Of a stretch of 50,002 nt of DNA, positions 29,625 to 39,934 are shown piece by piece. Position 1 is the first letter of the stretch. The number at the start of each line of letters is the position of its first letter. The notes beneath the pieces are model-generated. The model did no database searches. It was not told the DNA's origin and worked only from the letters and a program-made list of their open reading frames with translations. A program made the translations under genes and the position numbers. This stretch comes from Promethearchaeota archaeon (lineage in GTDB: Archaea; Asgardarchaeota; Lokiarchaeia; Sigyniarchaeales; SOKP01): the NCBI GenBank assembly GCA_048938445.1, contig JBHLME010000014.1:1-50002 (forward strand), in the 5' to 3' direction.

Positions 29625-32342
29625 TTAATTGAGAAATAATAATTTACCAAGAAAGCTAGTTAAATCCATTATCTTTATTTTACCATGCAATTCAGGATGC
29701 TCGTCTAAATAGCAATTTAAGTGTGCCAAGCATTTTGGACAAGCTACGATCAGATATTCTGCACCGGTATTTATTGCTTCTTTAATTCTTTTACCTTGTA
29801 ATGTTTTTGAATTCTCATTACATGAAATATATGCGGATACCCCGCAACATGATGCTAGGTTCTTGTTATTCTGCATTTCAATGAGTTCGATAAAAGGCAT
29901 GGTCATCAGAATATCACGGGGAGCGTCATACAAGTTGCTCATTCTTCCAAGTCTGCATGGATCATGAAACGTGACTTTTATTTTTTCTTGAATTGGAAAG
30001 GAAACGTCATCTAACATTGATTCCTTTAGCATGTACTCCGAAATGTGATAAATTTTAAAATCAAAATCTTCTTTATTTGGGAAGAGAAATGGATATTCGT
30101 GTTTCCAAATATAATACCCTTCGGCACAACTGAAGATCAAAGTCTTCACTCCTGCTTTCTTAAATAATTTTACGTTATGTCGTGCTAATTTTTCAAAGTT
30201 CTTTAAATCACCCTTCCAAAAACTATCATGTCCACAGCATTTTTCATTCGATAACACAACTGGTTTGATATTTTTCTGATTTAATAGTCCAATAACTGAT
30301 TTTGGAATATTAAGATAATCAATTGAATTATATTGTAAAATATTTTGATGTTGCCCATATGAGCATTTTTTTGAGGAGATTCCCGAAATTTGATCACAAT
30401 TACTACAACTTCCACAATTGAGACATCGATTTGCTTCAGAAACAGCCATCTCTTCATTGAATCCTAACTCTATTTCATCAAAGTTTTTCACCCTCGTATC
30501 TATCGATAATTCCTCTATGATTTGTCTGGTCTCAGATTTAACTTCCTTTTTTGGTATGGGTGAAGTCTTATATTGAAATCTATTAACTCTACCTTCTCCC
30601 AAATCTTGACCTCTCAGGTATCGATCTATTGAAATTGCTGCTTCATATCCATTTGCTATAGCAGTAATGGCAACTCCCTTTTCTCCTAATACATCTCCCC
30701 CAATAAATACATCAGGTACATTGGTTTGCATTGTTAAATCATTAAATTCTGCATATCCCCATTTATTATATTTTAAATTCTTTTCTGCTTCTTTAATTAG
30801 TGAAAATTCTGGGATTTGCCCAATAGAAGGAATTAACACATCAATTTTCATTCTAAAGTTAGACCCTTCGATTTCGACAGGTCTTCTTCTTCCAGATTCA
30901 TCAGGTTCTCCAAGTTCCATTCTAATACACTCTACTTCTGAGCAACTTCCCGCTTTACTTATAATTTCAAAAGGATTAGTTAAAAATTGAAATTCAATAT
31001 TTTCATGCTTTGCGGCTTCAATTTCCTCTTCTAAGGCGGGCATTTCATTCTCTGAACGTCTATAAAGAACAATAACTTTTTTCGCACCAAGCCTTAAAGC
31101 AGTTCTAGCAGAATCGATTGCGACGTTTCCGCCTCCGACAATTCCAACTACTTTATTATTGAAATTGTATTTTTTCGTGCCAAGATTTCTTTCTTCAAGA
31201 AACTTGAGACCATAAAATACGTTCTTTACCTCCTCACCCTTGACGTTCATTGCCCTGCTTTCTCCCAATCCTATACCGATGAAAAATGCTTTATAATCTT
31301 GTTTTCTCAAATCTCCGAATGTTAACGAGGGTCCAATCATCGTGTTTGTTTTAATTTCTACACCCATTTTTTCAATAAATTCAATTTCATAATCAAGGGA
31401 TTCATGAGGTAATCGATATTGGGGTATTCCTGTCCTTAATTTACCTCCTTTGTGTTTAGATTCTTCAAATACAGTTGGTTTATATCCTTTTCTTGCGAGA
31501 TAATATGCTGCCGTTAATCCCGCAGGTCCAGATCCAACGATGGCAACTTTTTCTTTTGTTTGTTCTACTGGTTTAATAGAAGATATTGAGTTATTTTCCA
31601 TTTCCCAATCAGCAACGTACCTTTTTAAAGCGCGAATTGCGATGGGTTCATCGATATCTTTTCGATTACATGAAAGTTCACAGGGATGCGTGCATACTCT
31701 TCCGCAAACCACGGGAAAGGGATTTTTTTCTCTTATGAGGTCTAAGGCCTCTTGATATTTCCTCTCTTTTATAAGTGCAATGTATCCTTGCACGTCAATA
31801 CCTGCAGGACATGCTTGGGAGCAAGGTGCTACACCTCCCAAAAATGGAGTACATCCTAAAAAATATCCAATTTCCCCTTTTTTAGCGATTTTTAAACTTG
31901 TGTTGTCTAAAAAACCAAGTTTATTAATACAATCAATCTCATCATTAGCCATGAGCTCTGGAATATTTAAAAATGATCGTCCATGTTGACATTCCATCAT
32001 TTGTTCTTGTAAGACTTCTGATTTAGAAACGAGTTGCCTAAGATTTACCATTATATCAATGATATCAACCCCGACATTTTCTAATGACATTGGGCAATAT
32101 TCCATGCATAATTTACACGTGAGACAATGCCATATATTTGTGTTTTCAATTGCTTCATGTATTCCTAATAAAGTCAAATCTGAAATCAAATTTCGAGGAG
32201 AAAAGCGACCATCAACAGATTGAGGACACACATTTACACAGCGATTACAATTATAACAATAATTCGATGAGACAATGATGTTTTTAAAAACTTCACTTTC
32301 CATTATATCCGTATTTACTTTCGTGCGATTTGATTCTGTCAT
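29625..32342 (-). CDS. Fusion of HdrC-like ferredoxin, GltD/SudA-like FAD/NAD(P) oxidoreductase and CCG (HdrB/D-like) domains
   Basis: CYNCNRCVNVCP, CLTCKLCMEYCP; CGRVCTHPCE, GSGPAG, GGGNVA; EKCCG, FHDPCRLGR, CCG, ACPKC. Confidence 0.88.
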   Translation of the reverse strand: MTESNRTKVNTDIMESEVFKNIIVSSNYCYNCNRCVNVCPQSVDGRFSPRNLISDLTLLGIHEAIENTNIWHCLTCKLCMEYCPMSLENVGVDIIDIMVNLRQLVSKSEVLQEQMMECQHGRSFLNIPELMANDEIDCINKLGFLDNTSLKIAKKGEIGYFLGCTPFLGGVAPCSQACPAGIDVQGYIALIKERKYQEALDLIREKNPFPVVCGRVCTHPCELSCNRKDIDEPIAIRALKRYVADWEMENNSISSIKPVEQTKEKVAIVGSGPAGLTAAYYLARKGYKPTVFEESKHKGGKLRTGIPQYRLPHESLDYEIEFIEKMGVEIKTNTMIGPSLTFGDLRKQDYKAFFIGIGLGESRAMNVKGEEVKNVFYGLKFLEERNLGTKKYNFNNKVVGIVGGGNVAIDSARTALRLGAKKVIVLYRRSENEMPALEEEIEAAKHENIEFQFLTNPFEIISKAGSCSEVECIRMELGEPDESGRRRPVEIEGSNFRMKIDVLIPSIGQIPEFSLIKEAEKNLKYNKWGYAEFNDLTMQTNVPDVFIGGDVLGEKGVAITAIANGYEAAISIDRYLRGQDLGEGRVNRFQYKTSPIPKKEVKSETRQIIEELSIDTRVKNFDEIELGFNEEMAVSEANRCLNCGSCSNCDQISGISSKKCSYGQHQNILQYNSIDYLNIPKSVIGLLNQKNIKPVVLSNEKCCGHDSFWKGDLKNFEKLARHNVKLFKKAGVKTLIFSCAEGYYIWKHEYPFLFPNKEDFDFKIYHISEYMLKESMLDDVSFPIQEKIKVTFHDPCRLGRMSNLYDAPRDILMTMPFIELIEMQNNKNLASCCGVSAYISCNENSKTLQGKRIKEAINTGAEYLIVACPKCLAHLNCYLDEHPELHGKIKIMDLTSFLGKLLFLN

Positions 32343-32548
32343 TTTTTACAAAATTTTATTTTATAATTCAAGTTACTTCAATTTATTAAAACTTAAGAGA
32401 ATATTTCTTATAAATTAAAACTATAAATATTGTTTAAAAAAATAAAGTTTTGATTTAAGGAAAAAATTTTCACATCTATGAGTAAATTTATATGTATGAA
32501 ATCTATTATATTTTTTATAAAATTAATCCTCTTTTTAGGTGATTTTTA

Positions 32549-33304
32549 ATGGGTAGTGTTGATACTAGGTTTTTAATTATAATAGTACAAAGCATTATGG
32601 CAATAATTTTTGGTTATTTAGGGTTTCTTGTTATTAAACGGGACAAAAAACGATTAAACCTGATTTTTAGCGCCTTTTACTTTTTTATTGTAATAGGAAC
32701 GGTATTCAATTGGACATATGCATATCTCCTGCCAGGCGATTTATATTATGTAATACTCTACTTGAATTATTTTACAAATTTCTTTTATTTTGCATCAATA
32801 GGTTTTATTCTTATTTTTATCCTCATGGTGTTAAAATCAGAAAAAATTATTGATACAAAGAAACAATTGCTCTATTTAATAATTAACTTGGGAGTATTAG
32901 GTGGAGTAATGATGATCTTAATTTCCATACCAGTAAGTAATGTCTATCCAGGAGACATCTGGGGAGTTTATTTTAAAGATGCGGCAAATTCTTCACCATA
33001 CTGGACTTTACCTTTCTTTTTAGCAGTAATTCTTATTATAACTGGACTTTCAGTTGCCCCTACATTATACTATCTAATCCAAACTTTAAAACAATTTACA
33101 GATCCAGATTTAAAGCGAAAATTTAAGTATTTCTCTTTTGGATACGTTGAAAGTTGCATGTTTGCTTATATAATAATAATAAATAATTATCTAAAGATTT
33201 TTGCTCCAGGTTTTACTATTATCGCTTTAGCATTAGCGATAATATTAGTAAGTACTGGAGCATATTTAATGTACATTGGAGTAGGTAAGCAGATTTCAAA
33301 ATAA
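32549..33304 (+). CDS. Stand-alone 7TM-like membrane protein
   Basis: Six to seven TM helices, DLKRKFKYF loop, MYIGVGKQ end. Confidence 0.7.
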   Translation: MGSVDTRFLIIIVQSIMAIIFGYLGFLVIKRDKKRLNLIFSAFYFFIVIGTVFNWTYAYLLPGDLYYVILYLNYFTNFFYFASIGFILIFILMVLKSEKIIDTKKQLLYLIINLGVLGGVMMILISIPVSNVYPGDIWGVYFKDAANSSPYWTLPFFLAVILIITGLSVAPTLYYLIQTLKQFTDPDLKRKFKYFSFGYVESCMFAYIIIINNYLKIFAPGFTIIALALAIILVSTGAYLMYIGVGKQISK

Positions 33305-33481
33305 AAAATAATTTATAACCATTTTTTTTATTTTCATATTTTTTTTTATTAATTAGTAATTAAAATGATTTTAAATCGCTCTCTAATAAATAGATTAAGA
33401 TTAAGAGGTAAGAATAACTTTTAATTTTATAAATATACTAAATTATAAATAATAAAACCTTAGTGCCAACATAGCAAAATA

Positions 33482-33829
33482 ATGTCTGATGAACTCGTGC
33501 GCGTGAGGGGAATTGGTCCTCAAGCGGCTGAAAAGTTGATAAAAGCAGGTGTTAGAACCATCGAACAGTTAGCAGAAGCACGTCCAGAAGAATTGGCTTT
33601 TGTTAAGGGGATTGGAATAACCTCCGCCAAAAAAATAATTGAAAATGCCAATGAGTTGATTAGACTTGAAAAAGGTATAGAAAAAGTCTTGGAAGAAATT
33701 AAAAATAATTTTGCTCAATCTTGTCCTAAATGCGGTGGTGAGATGACGAAAAAATTTATTATATTAGGACCTGAAAAAAGATTGGCCGCTAATCAGTGCA
33801 CGCTATGTAAGTTTTATTTACCCACTTAA
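33482..33829 (+). CDS. Helix-hairpin-helix protein with C-terminal zinc ribbon
   Basis: VRGIGP, VKGIG HhH motifs; CPKC...CTLC. Confidence 0.8.
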   Translation: MSDELVRVRGIGPQAAEKLIKAGVRTIEQLAEARPEELAFVKGIGITSAKKIIENANELIRLEKGIEKVLEEIKNNFAQSCPKCGGEMTKKFIILGPEKRLAANQCTLCKFYLPT

Positions 33830-33836
33830 TCGATAT

Positions 33837-34598
33837 TTATATTTTAAGTTTTTTAATAATTTTTTGAAGAATGGGTGCTGCATAATCCTTTAAGAAAATA
33901 TCCGCTAGATAATCCATTTCAGTGTTATCCTTATTAATAAAAATTACCTTGGCACCACCTTTTTTTGCGATACCTGGCATAAAATTTGCCGGAGCAACTG
34001 TAAGTGAAGACCCAATTAAAATAAAACAGTCACAATTAGAACTTGCTCTCATTGCGTTTTCCAATACGTTGGCCGGTAATGCTTCACCAAAAAGAACTAC
34101 ATTTGGTTTGATATACCCCCCACATTCGCACACGGGAAATTTAACGCTTTTTGTATCAATATCGTCATACTTAAATTCATTTCCACATCTAACACACTCT
34201 AAAGCGCCATAAGATCCGTGTAATTCATATATCGGTATATTTTTATAACTCCCGCTTCCAGCCCGCTGGTGAAGCATATCAATATTTTGTGTAATGATTG
34301 CATTCACTTTTCCAAGTTTTTCTAACTCAGCTATAGCATGATGTCCGGGATTTGGTTCTGCATTTGTTAAAATATCTTCCAATTCATTATGCATTTCCCA
34401 GAATTTACTAGGATCTTGAAGAAAATAATGATAACTCGCATATATTGATGGATCATATCTATCCCATAATCCTCCTGGTGACCTAAAATCATCAATGCCG
34501 CTCTCAGTTGAGTGACCAGCTCCAGTAAAAATGACAATGTTCTTAGACTTTTTTATGATTTCGACAACTTTGTCAATTTCCTTATCGTCGATCATCAT
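33837..34598 (-). CDS. cobB: NAD-dependent protein deacylase (sirtuin)
   Basis: TGAGHSTESGIDDFR, TQNID, ELHGS, KPNVVLFGE, GSSL. Confidence 0.92.
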   Translation of the reverse strand: MMIDDKEIDKVVEIIKKSKNIVIFTGAGHSTESGIDDFRSPGGLWDRYDPSIYASYHYFLQDPSKFWEMHNELEDILTNAEPNPGHHAIAELEKLGKVNAIITQNIDMLHQRAGSGSYKNIPIYELHGSYGALECVRCGNEFKYDDIDTKSVKFPVCECGGYIKPNVVLFGEALPANVLENAMRASSNCDCFILIGSSLTVAPANFMPGIAKKGGAKVIFINKDNTEMDYLADIFLKDYAAPILQKIIKKLKI

Positions 34599-34845
34599 AA
34601 TTTGTAAGTATTACTTGGTTTTAAATTAATATAAAATATTCTTCACCTAATATTTTAACGCATAAATTTAGAAACGTATCATTTTTCAAAAAATCAATTA
34701 AATACATGAATCGGATACAAGGAAACTTTATTAAAATTAAGTAAAATAATTTGAACTTTAGTCTGAATAAAAATTAATCAGAATCATATCTAATTTTGGG
34801 GAGTAATTAAATTTTAAGGATAAAAACAAAAAAAAGATGATTTGA

Positions 34846-35985
34846 ATGCAAAAATCTAAAATAGAAGCTCCAGAAATTATTGAGAAGCACTATTTTAAAA
34901 CATTTAAGGCTAAAGATGGGAATTTTTATGGAATTAGATTAGCTCAGCCATATTGTTCAGATGCTTTATTTGTAAAGGATATATTTAAAGATATTTATGG
35001 TTGGAACTATTTGTATCCAATCGTGTATGATAGAGAACAACTCAATAATAGTTTTATAAAAAAAAGTGATTTGTGGTTCATTGGTGAAGATATTCATTCA
35101 AAAGTGGGTGTTGGTATCGGTTTGATTGAAAGGCATAATCGATATTCACTCGAAATGGGTAAATTATGCGTTAAGAATGAATTTCATGGAATCGGTTTAT
35201 CTACTGTTTTAGGAGGCCACATGATTAATTATTTAATCAATATACCTGAATCTAAGTCATTAATCAGGTTTAATTGTGATGTCAGAGCAAATGTCTTGTT
35301 CTCCCAAAAATTTGTTGAAAAAACAAGAGCCAAACCTTATGGATTTATAGCCAATTATAATAATTATACTGATAAACGAATTAACAATGTTTCGAAAGGC
35401 GAACCAATCGTTGATGGCGAATTAGGTTCTGTGGTAATGTATGCTATTTATTTGAGAAAATTATGGAAGATAAGAAGAAAAAACCTGATCCTTTTTGATA
35501 ATGAAGATATCCTTTATCATTATCACATAATGAGAGCTTTAAATCGCCAAATGAAAAAGGATAATATCACTTTAGAAAAGAAAGATGAGTTGAATCAAGA
35601 ATCCTTTACAATTTCAAAAGATTATTATAAAGCCATAATTAAGATAGAAGGGTATCTACGTGAAAACACGTTAAAAAAATTACTAAAAAAATATTCTAAT
35701 TGGAATGTTATTGAATGGAGGATCCCGGCAAACCATCAAGGATTAAATTCCCAGAAAAGTGCATTAGATAACGATTTTATTGTATCTGGTTATGACCCCG
35801 GATCTCTTTATTTACAACAATTAGAAGATGGAATTCTTTTCTGTAAATATCCACGCGGGATTGATTATAGTCAATTTGAGTATATTGATTTGACCCCAAG
35901 GAATAAACTCATAGTTGATAAAATACTTTCAGATATAAAGGGAAAAAAAATTAAAAATATACATCAATCAAAACTCTCATGGTGA
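34846..35985 (+). CDS. GNAT-fold protein (copy 1)
   Basis: MGKLCVKNEFHGIGLS acetyl-CoA motif A. Confidence 0.7.
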   Translation: MQKSKIEAPEIIEKHYFKTFKAKDGNFYGIRLAQPYCSDALFVKDIFKDIYGWNYLYPIVYDREQLNNSFIKKSDLWFIGEDIHSKVGVGIGLIERHNRYSLEMGKLCVKNEFHGIGLSTVLGGHMINYLINIPESKSLIRFNCDVRANVLFSQKFVEKTRAKPYGFIANYNNYTDKRINNVSKGEPIVDGELGSVVMYAIYLRKLWKIRRKNLILFDNEDILYHYHIMRALNRQMKKDNITLEKKDELNQESFTISKDYYKAIIKIEGYLRENTLKKLLKKYSNWNVIEWRIPANHQGLNSQKSALDNDFIVSGYDPGSLYLQQLEDGILFCKYPRGIDYSQFEYIDLTPRNKLIVDKILSDIKGKKIKNIHQSKLSW

Positions 35986-35991
35986 TTTTAG

Positions 35992-36339
35992 ATGTTGGAC
36001 TATTTAATAACAGAATCAAAAAAAACTGAAAAGATTGCAATGAACATGGTAAATAAAGCGTATCCGGATACTGAATCATTACATTCAATTAAAAAAGGGA
36101 TTGAAATTATTGATAAGAATAAAATTATTAGGAAAAAAAAGAAATTAACTTTAGAAACTCCTCGCTTATCAATTATTAATGGTGTACTTACATATTCTGG
36201 AAAGGTCAGTGATGATAAATCACATGTAATAAGTTCGGAAAATGTAAAAGTTGAGATACATGATAAAAAAAGGAACCAAATTCGGATACATAAGTTCAAA
36301 GTTGTTTTAAAAAATAACAAATTCATGATTAAGGAGTAA
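35992..36339 (+). CDS. Small basic hypothetical protein (copy 1)
   Basis: Paralog of 37815-38138 (MVNKAYPDTESL, IRIHKFKV); GGTGA RBS. Confidence 0.75.
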   Translation: MLDYLITESKKTEKIAMNMVNKAYPDTESLHSIKKGIEIIDKNKIIRKKKKLTLETPRLSIINGVLTYSGKVSDDKSHVISSENVKVEIHDKKRNQIRIHKFKVVLKNNKFMIKE

Positions 36340-36666
36340 CCTCAGTTTCCCTAAATATGTTAAATTTTTCATTTTATTTTTATAAAAGCTGCTAAACTAA
36401 TCATTTTATGTTTATTTTTTAAGTTAATTTTAGATTTCATTATTGAATGAAAAAAAAGTTATTTCTTTGATAACAAAAAAAAGTTATTTATCAAAATCCA
36501 TCCTTTTTTACCATTTCCAGTGATAAAATTGATGCGTTTTCAAAAACTTTTAAAATAATGAAACAAAAATACTTAAGTATTATTTATAATTTTAGTAATT
36601 ATTATTAGACTCGACAACGGGATATACTAAAATTTTGGTTTTACAACATACTAAAGGACAAATTAA

Positions 36667-37830
36667 ATGATAAACATCAAGATTAATTATCAAAAGAAAA
36701 TTGAAAATACTTACTTTAAAATCTTTAAAGCAAAAGATGGAAACGCCTATGGAATACGACTAGCATATCCAAACAGTTCAGATGCTGTTTTTATAAAAGA
36801 GATTTTTAAGGATATTTATGGTTGGGACTACTTATATCCAATCGTGTATGATATTGAATTACTTAATAAAAGTTTTCAAAAAGAAAGTGATTTATGGTTC
36901 ATTGCTGAAGATATTGATTCAAAAGAAGGTGTTGGTATCGGTTTATTTGAAAGACATGATCAATTTTCAATTTACATGGGTAAATTATGTGTTAAAAATA
37001 AATTTCATGGTTTAGGATTATCAAGTGTATTAGGGAGCCATATAATTAGTCATTTAATGATGGTTCCAGAATCTAAATCGCTTTTAAGGTTTGACTGCGA
37101 TGTGAGAGCTAATATCATTTCTTCTCAAAAATTTCTTGAAAAAGCAAGAGCAATCCCTTATGGATTTATCGCCAATTATAATAATTATACTGATAAAAGA
37201 ACTAATGAAATCTTGTTAGGAATTCCCATTACAGCTGGTGAATTAGGATCAGTGATAATGTATGCGAATTATTTGAGCAAATTATGGAAGAAACGAAGGA
37301 AAAATATAACTCTTCTTGATAATGATAAAATAATTACTATGTATGAGATTATAAGAAGTATTAACCGCCAAATGAAAAAAGATAACATCATTTTGAAAAA
37401 GGATTATAAGACAAATCATGAATCCTATAGAATCTCAAAAGATTTTTATAAAGCAACATTAAAGATTGAAGGTTATCTATGTAAAAACACGTTAAAACAA
37501 ATATTAAATTATTATTCTAATTGGAACGTAATTGAATGGAGAGTTCCCGCAAATGATTTAGGAATTCACTCCCAAAATATCGCCTTGAATAACGGATTTA
37601 TTGTCTCTGGCTATGATCCTGGTTCTTTTTATCTTAATCAATTAGAGGATACCATTCTTTTCTGTAAATATCCACGAGGAATTGATTTTAGTCAATTTGA
37701 TTATTTAAACCTAACTCGGCGTAATAAATTAATAGTCGACAACATAATGCCTAATCTTGAAGAAAAAAAAATAAAAAAAATTAACCAAACAAAAAAACAT
37801 GAGGTAGAAATACAATGCTGGAACAACTAA
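36667..37830 (+). CDS. GNAT-fold protein (copy 2)
   Basis: MGKLCVKNKFHGLGLS; full-length paralog of 34846-35985. Confidence 0.7.
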   Translation: MINIKINYQKKIENTYFKIFKAKDGNAYGIRLAYPNSSDAVFIKEIFKDIYGWDYLYPIVYDIELLNKSFQKESDLWFIAEDIDSKEGVGIGLFERHDQFSIYMGKLCVKNKFHGLGLSSVLGSHIISHLMMVPESKSLLRFDCDVRANIISSQKFLEKARAIPYGFIANYNNYTDKRTNEILLGIPITAGELGSVIMYANYLSKLWKKRRKNITLLDNDKIITMYEIIRSINRQMKKDNIILKKDYKTNHESYRISKDFYKATLKIEGYLCKNTLKQILNYYSNWNVIEWRVPANDLGIHSQNIALNNGFIVSGYDPGSFYLNQLEDTILFCKYPRGIDFSQFDYLNLTRRNKLIVDNIMPNLEEKKIKKINQTKKHEVEIQCWNN

Positions 37831-38138
37831 AACATGAGTCAAAACAAACAGAAAAAATTGCCCTTAAAATGGTAAATAAAGCATATCCTGACACGGAGTC
37901 ACTATATTTAATCAAAAAAAAGCTTGAAATAATTGATCAAAACGGAATTATCAAGAAAAAAAGGAAATTTACTTTAAACTCACCTTGTCTCACCATAAGA
38001 AACGGAGTTTTGACTCATACTGATATGAAAAAAGATATAAATTTGGATTTAGTTAGTTCAAAAAAGGTAAAAGTAGAAGTCCATGATAAAAAGAATAACG
38101 AAATAAGGATTCATAAATTTAAAGTAATATTAGAATAA
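37815..38138 (+). CDS. Small basic hypothetical protein (copy 2)
   Basis: Overlaps GNAT end; GAGGT RBS. Confidence 0.75.
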   Translation: MLEQLKHESKQTEKIALKMVNKAYPDTESLYLIKKKLEIIDQNGIIKKKRKFTLNSPCLTIRNGVLTHTDMKKDINLDLVSSKKVKVEVHDKKNNEIRIHKFKVILE

Positions 38139-38292
38139 AACTCTTCTGCTATTTTTTCTCCTTTTTAATAGCTATTATCTAATCTAACTTTTTCATATTT
38201 TTTAATTTAAAAAAAATTGGACTCCATTAGTGTTTAATACCTTCATATTTATTTCTTAATTATAATAAAATTATAAATAGAGATTCAAAAAA

Positions 38293-38433
38293 ATGAGCAA
38301 GAAAGAACATTTAATAATGAAGAGAGAAGATTGGGAAAACATGAGATATTTGGATAAAAAAACTGCAATCAAGCAAAGATATGAACGATTATTAGAATTA
38401 ATGGATGATGAATTAGAGGTTAATTTATATTAA
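38293..38433 (+). CDS. Possible 46-aa small protein (MSKKEHLIMKREDWENMRYLDKKTAIKQRYERLLELMDDELEVNLY)
   Basis: Hand translation; purine-rich coding-like stretch within an AT-rich gap. Confidence 0.4.
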   Translation: MSKKEHLIMKREDWENMRYLDKKTAIKQRYERLLELMDDELEVNLY

Positions 38434-38455
38434 TAAAAAAGTTGAAAAAATTATT

Positions 38456-39859
38456 TTATTCAACAAATTCACAAATTTTATCGACTTTTTCTAATGTTTG
38501 ATCAATGATTTCATCCGTGTGCTTCATGCAGGTATAAAATCGGCTCCCTGCAACGGATATAATTCCTTGATCTATAAAAGCCGCACCTAAATGTTCCATA
38601 AATTCTTTACGTTCCTTTAAGGAGGGTGCTTGCTTAGGATCAGATATATCTAATCCAAAAATACAACTCGTATGGAAAAGCAATGATGCTCCATTATTAT
38701 AAGAAAACCAAGGAAGCTCGTGGTTTTGGAACAATCTATTCAATCCATTAGCCAAACGGGTAGCCGCTTTAGTAGCCTTTTCTAGGGCATTTTCTTTTTC
38801 AATTAGATTAATTGTATGATATGCAGCGGCGCAAGTTAATGGATTTGCAGCAATAGTACCTCCAGTATATGCTTTTCTGGCACCCCCCGCAATACCCCCA
38901 GCAACAACACTAATTACTTCTCTCCTGCCACCTATCGCCCCTGCTGAGGGAAAACCGTGCCCAATTATTTTTCCAAATACCGAAATGTCCGGTTTTATAT
39001 TGGTTATTTCTTGACCTCCTCCCATTGCCATTCTAAAGGCACAAACTACCTCATCGGAAATCAGCAGAGTTCCTGTTTCTCGACATAGCTCTTCAACTTC
39101 CTTGTTAAATCCCGGTCGAACAGGGATTGATCCTGATTCACCCCCCATCGGTTCTAAAATTACTGCTGCAACTTTATTTTTCTTTTCTTTAAATGATTCT
39201 CTTAAAGCGTCAATATCATTAGGATAAACTGAATCTATAAATTTGAAGATATTTTTAGGGACACCATGTGCTTCTGCGGCTTTAAGTCCGGGCACGTGCA
39301 TGTCATAAACAAGTTGATCGCTCCATCCATGATAACTCCCTCCAATTTTTATTATCCATTTCCTTTTAGTAAAAGTTCGTGCAACCCTAATAGCCGCCAT
39401 ATCCGCTTCCGTGCCGGATTGATACCATCTCACTAACTCGCATGTAGGAAAATATTTTTGTAAAGCTTCGGCTGCCATATACTCATATTCACATGTTATT
39501 CCATGGCAAGGACCCATATTTTGAATTACTTCAATCATTTTATCAATGAGAGGTTTATAATTATGACCCAAAATTATTGGTCCACCACACATTAAATAAT
39601 CAATTAATTCAACACCATCAAGAGTTTCCATGTAGCACTTATATACACGCTTACTCGTAATTGGAAAGGGAAAATTGAATGCGAGATTGTGCTCCACTCC
39701 CCCAGGAATTATCTTTTTCATGCGTTCGTATACATTTTTTGACTTTTGATGATTTTTTTCTATCCTTTCAACAATGCCTTTGAGTGCTTCTGGTTTAAAT
39801 TCTCTCATAGGAGAATTCACTATTTTATTAATCTTTTCTAATTTTTCTTCATATTTCAA
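38456..39859 (-). CDS. Class III PLP aminotransferase (glutamate-1-semialdehyde aminomutase-like)
   Basis: GPIILGH, SGTEA, SYHGW, ILEP, DEV, FGKIIGHG, GGT. Confidence 0.88.
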   Translation of the reverse strand: MKYEEKLEKINKIVNSPMREFKPEALKGIVERIEKNHQKSKNVYERMKKIIPGGVEHNLAFNFPFPITSKRVYKCYMETLDGVELIDYLMCGGPIILGHNYKPLIDKMIEVIQNMGPCHGITCEYEYMAAEALQKYFPTCELVRWYQSGTEADMAAIRVARTFTKRKWIIKIGGSYHGWSDQLVYDMHVPGLKAAEAHGVPKNIFKFIDSVYPNDIDALRESFKEKKNKVAAVILEPMGGESGSIPVRPGFNKEVEELCRETGTLLISDEVVCAFRMAMGGGQEITNIKPDISVFGKIIGHGFPSAGAIGGRREVISVVAGGIAGGARKAYTGGTIAANPLTCAAAYHTINLIEKENALEKATKAATRLANGLNRLFQNHELPWFSYNNGASLLFHTSCIFGLDISDPKQAPSLKERKEFMEHLGAAFIDQGIISVAGSRFYTCMKHTDEIIDQTLEKVDKICEFVE

Positions 39860-39934
39860 AGATTTTAACCCCTTGTTGTTTTATCTAATAAAATACAATA
39901 ATAAAAAAATTATATATAAATGTTGAGGATTATC

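Noticed and set aside
38456-39859. hemL gene symbol
   Set aside because: Divergent motifs (PGGVEHN) and no tetrapyrrole genes nearby
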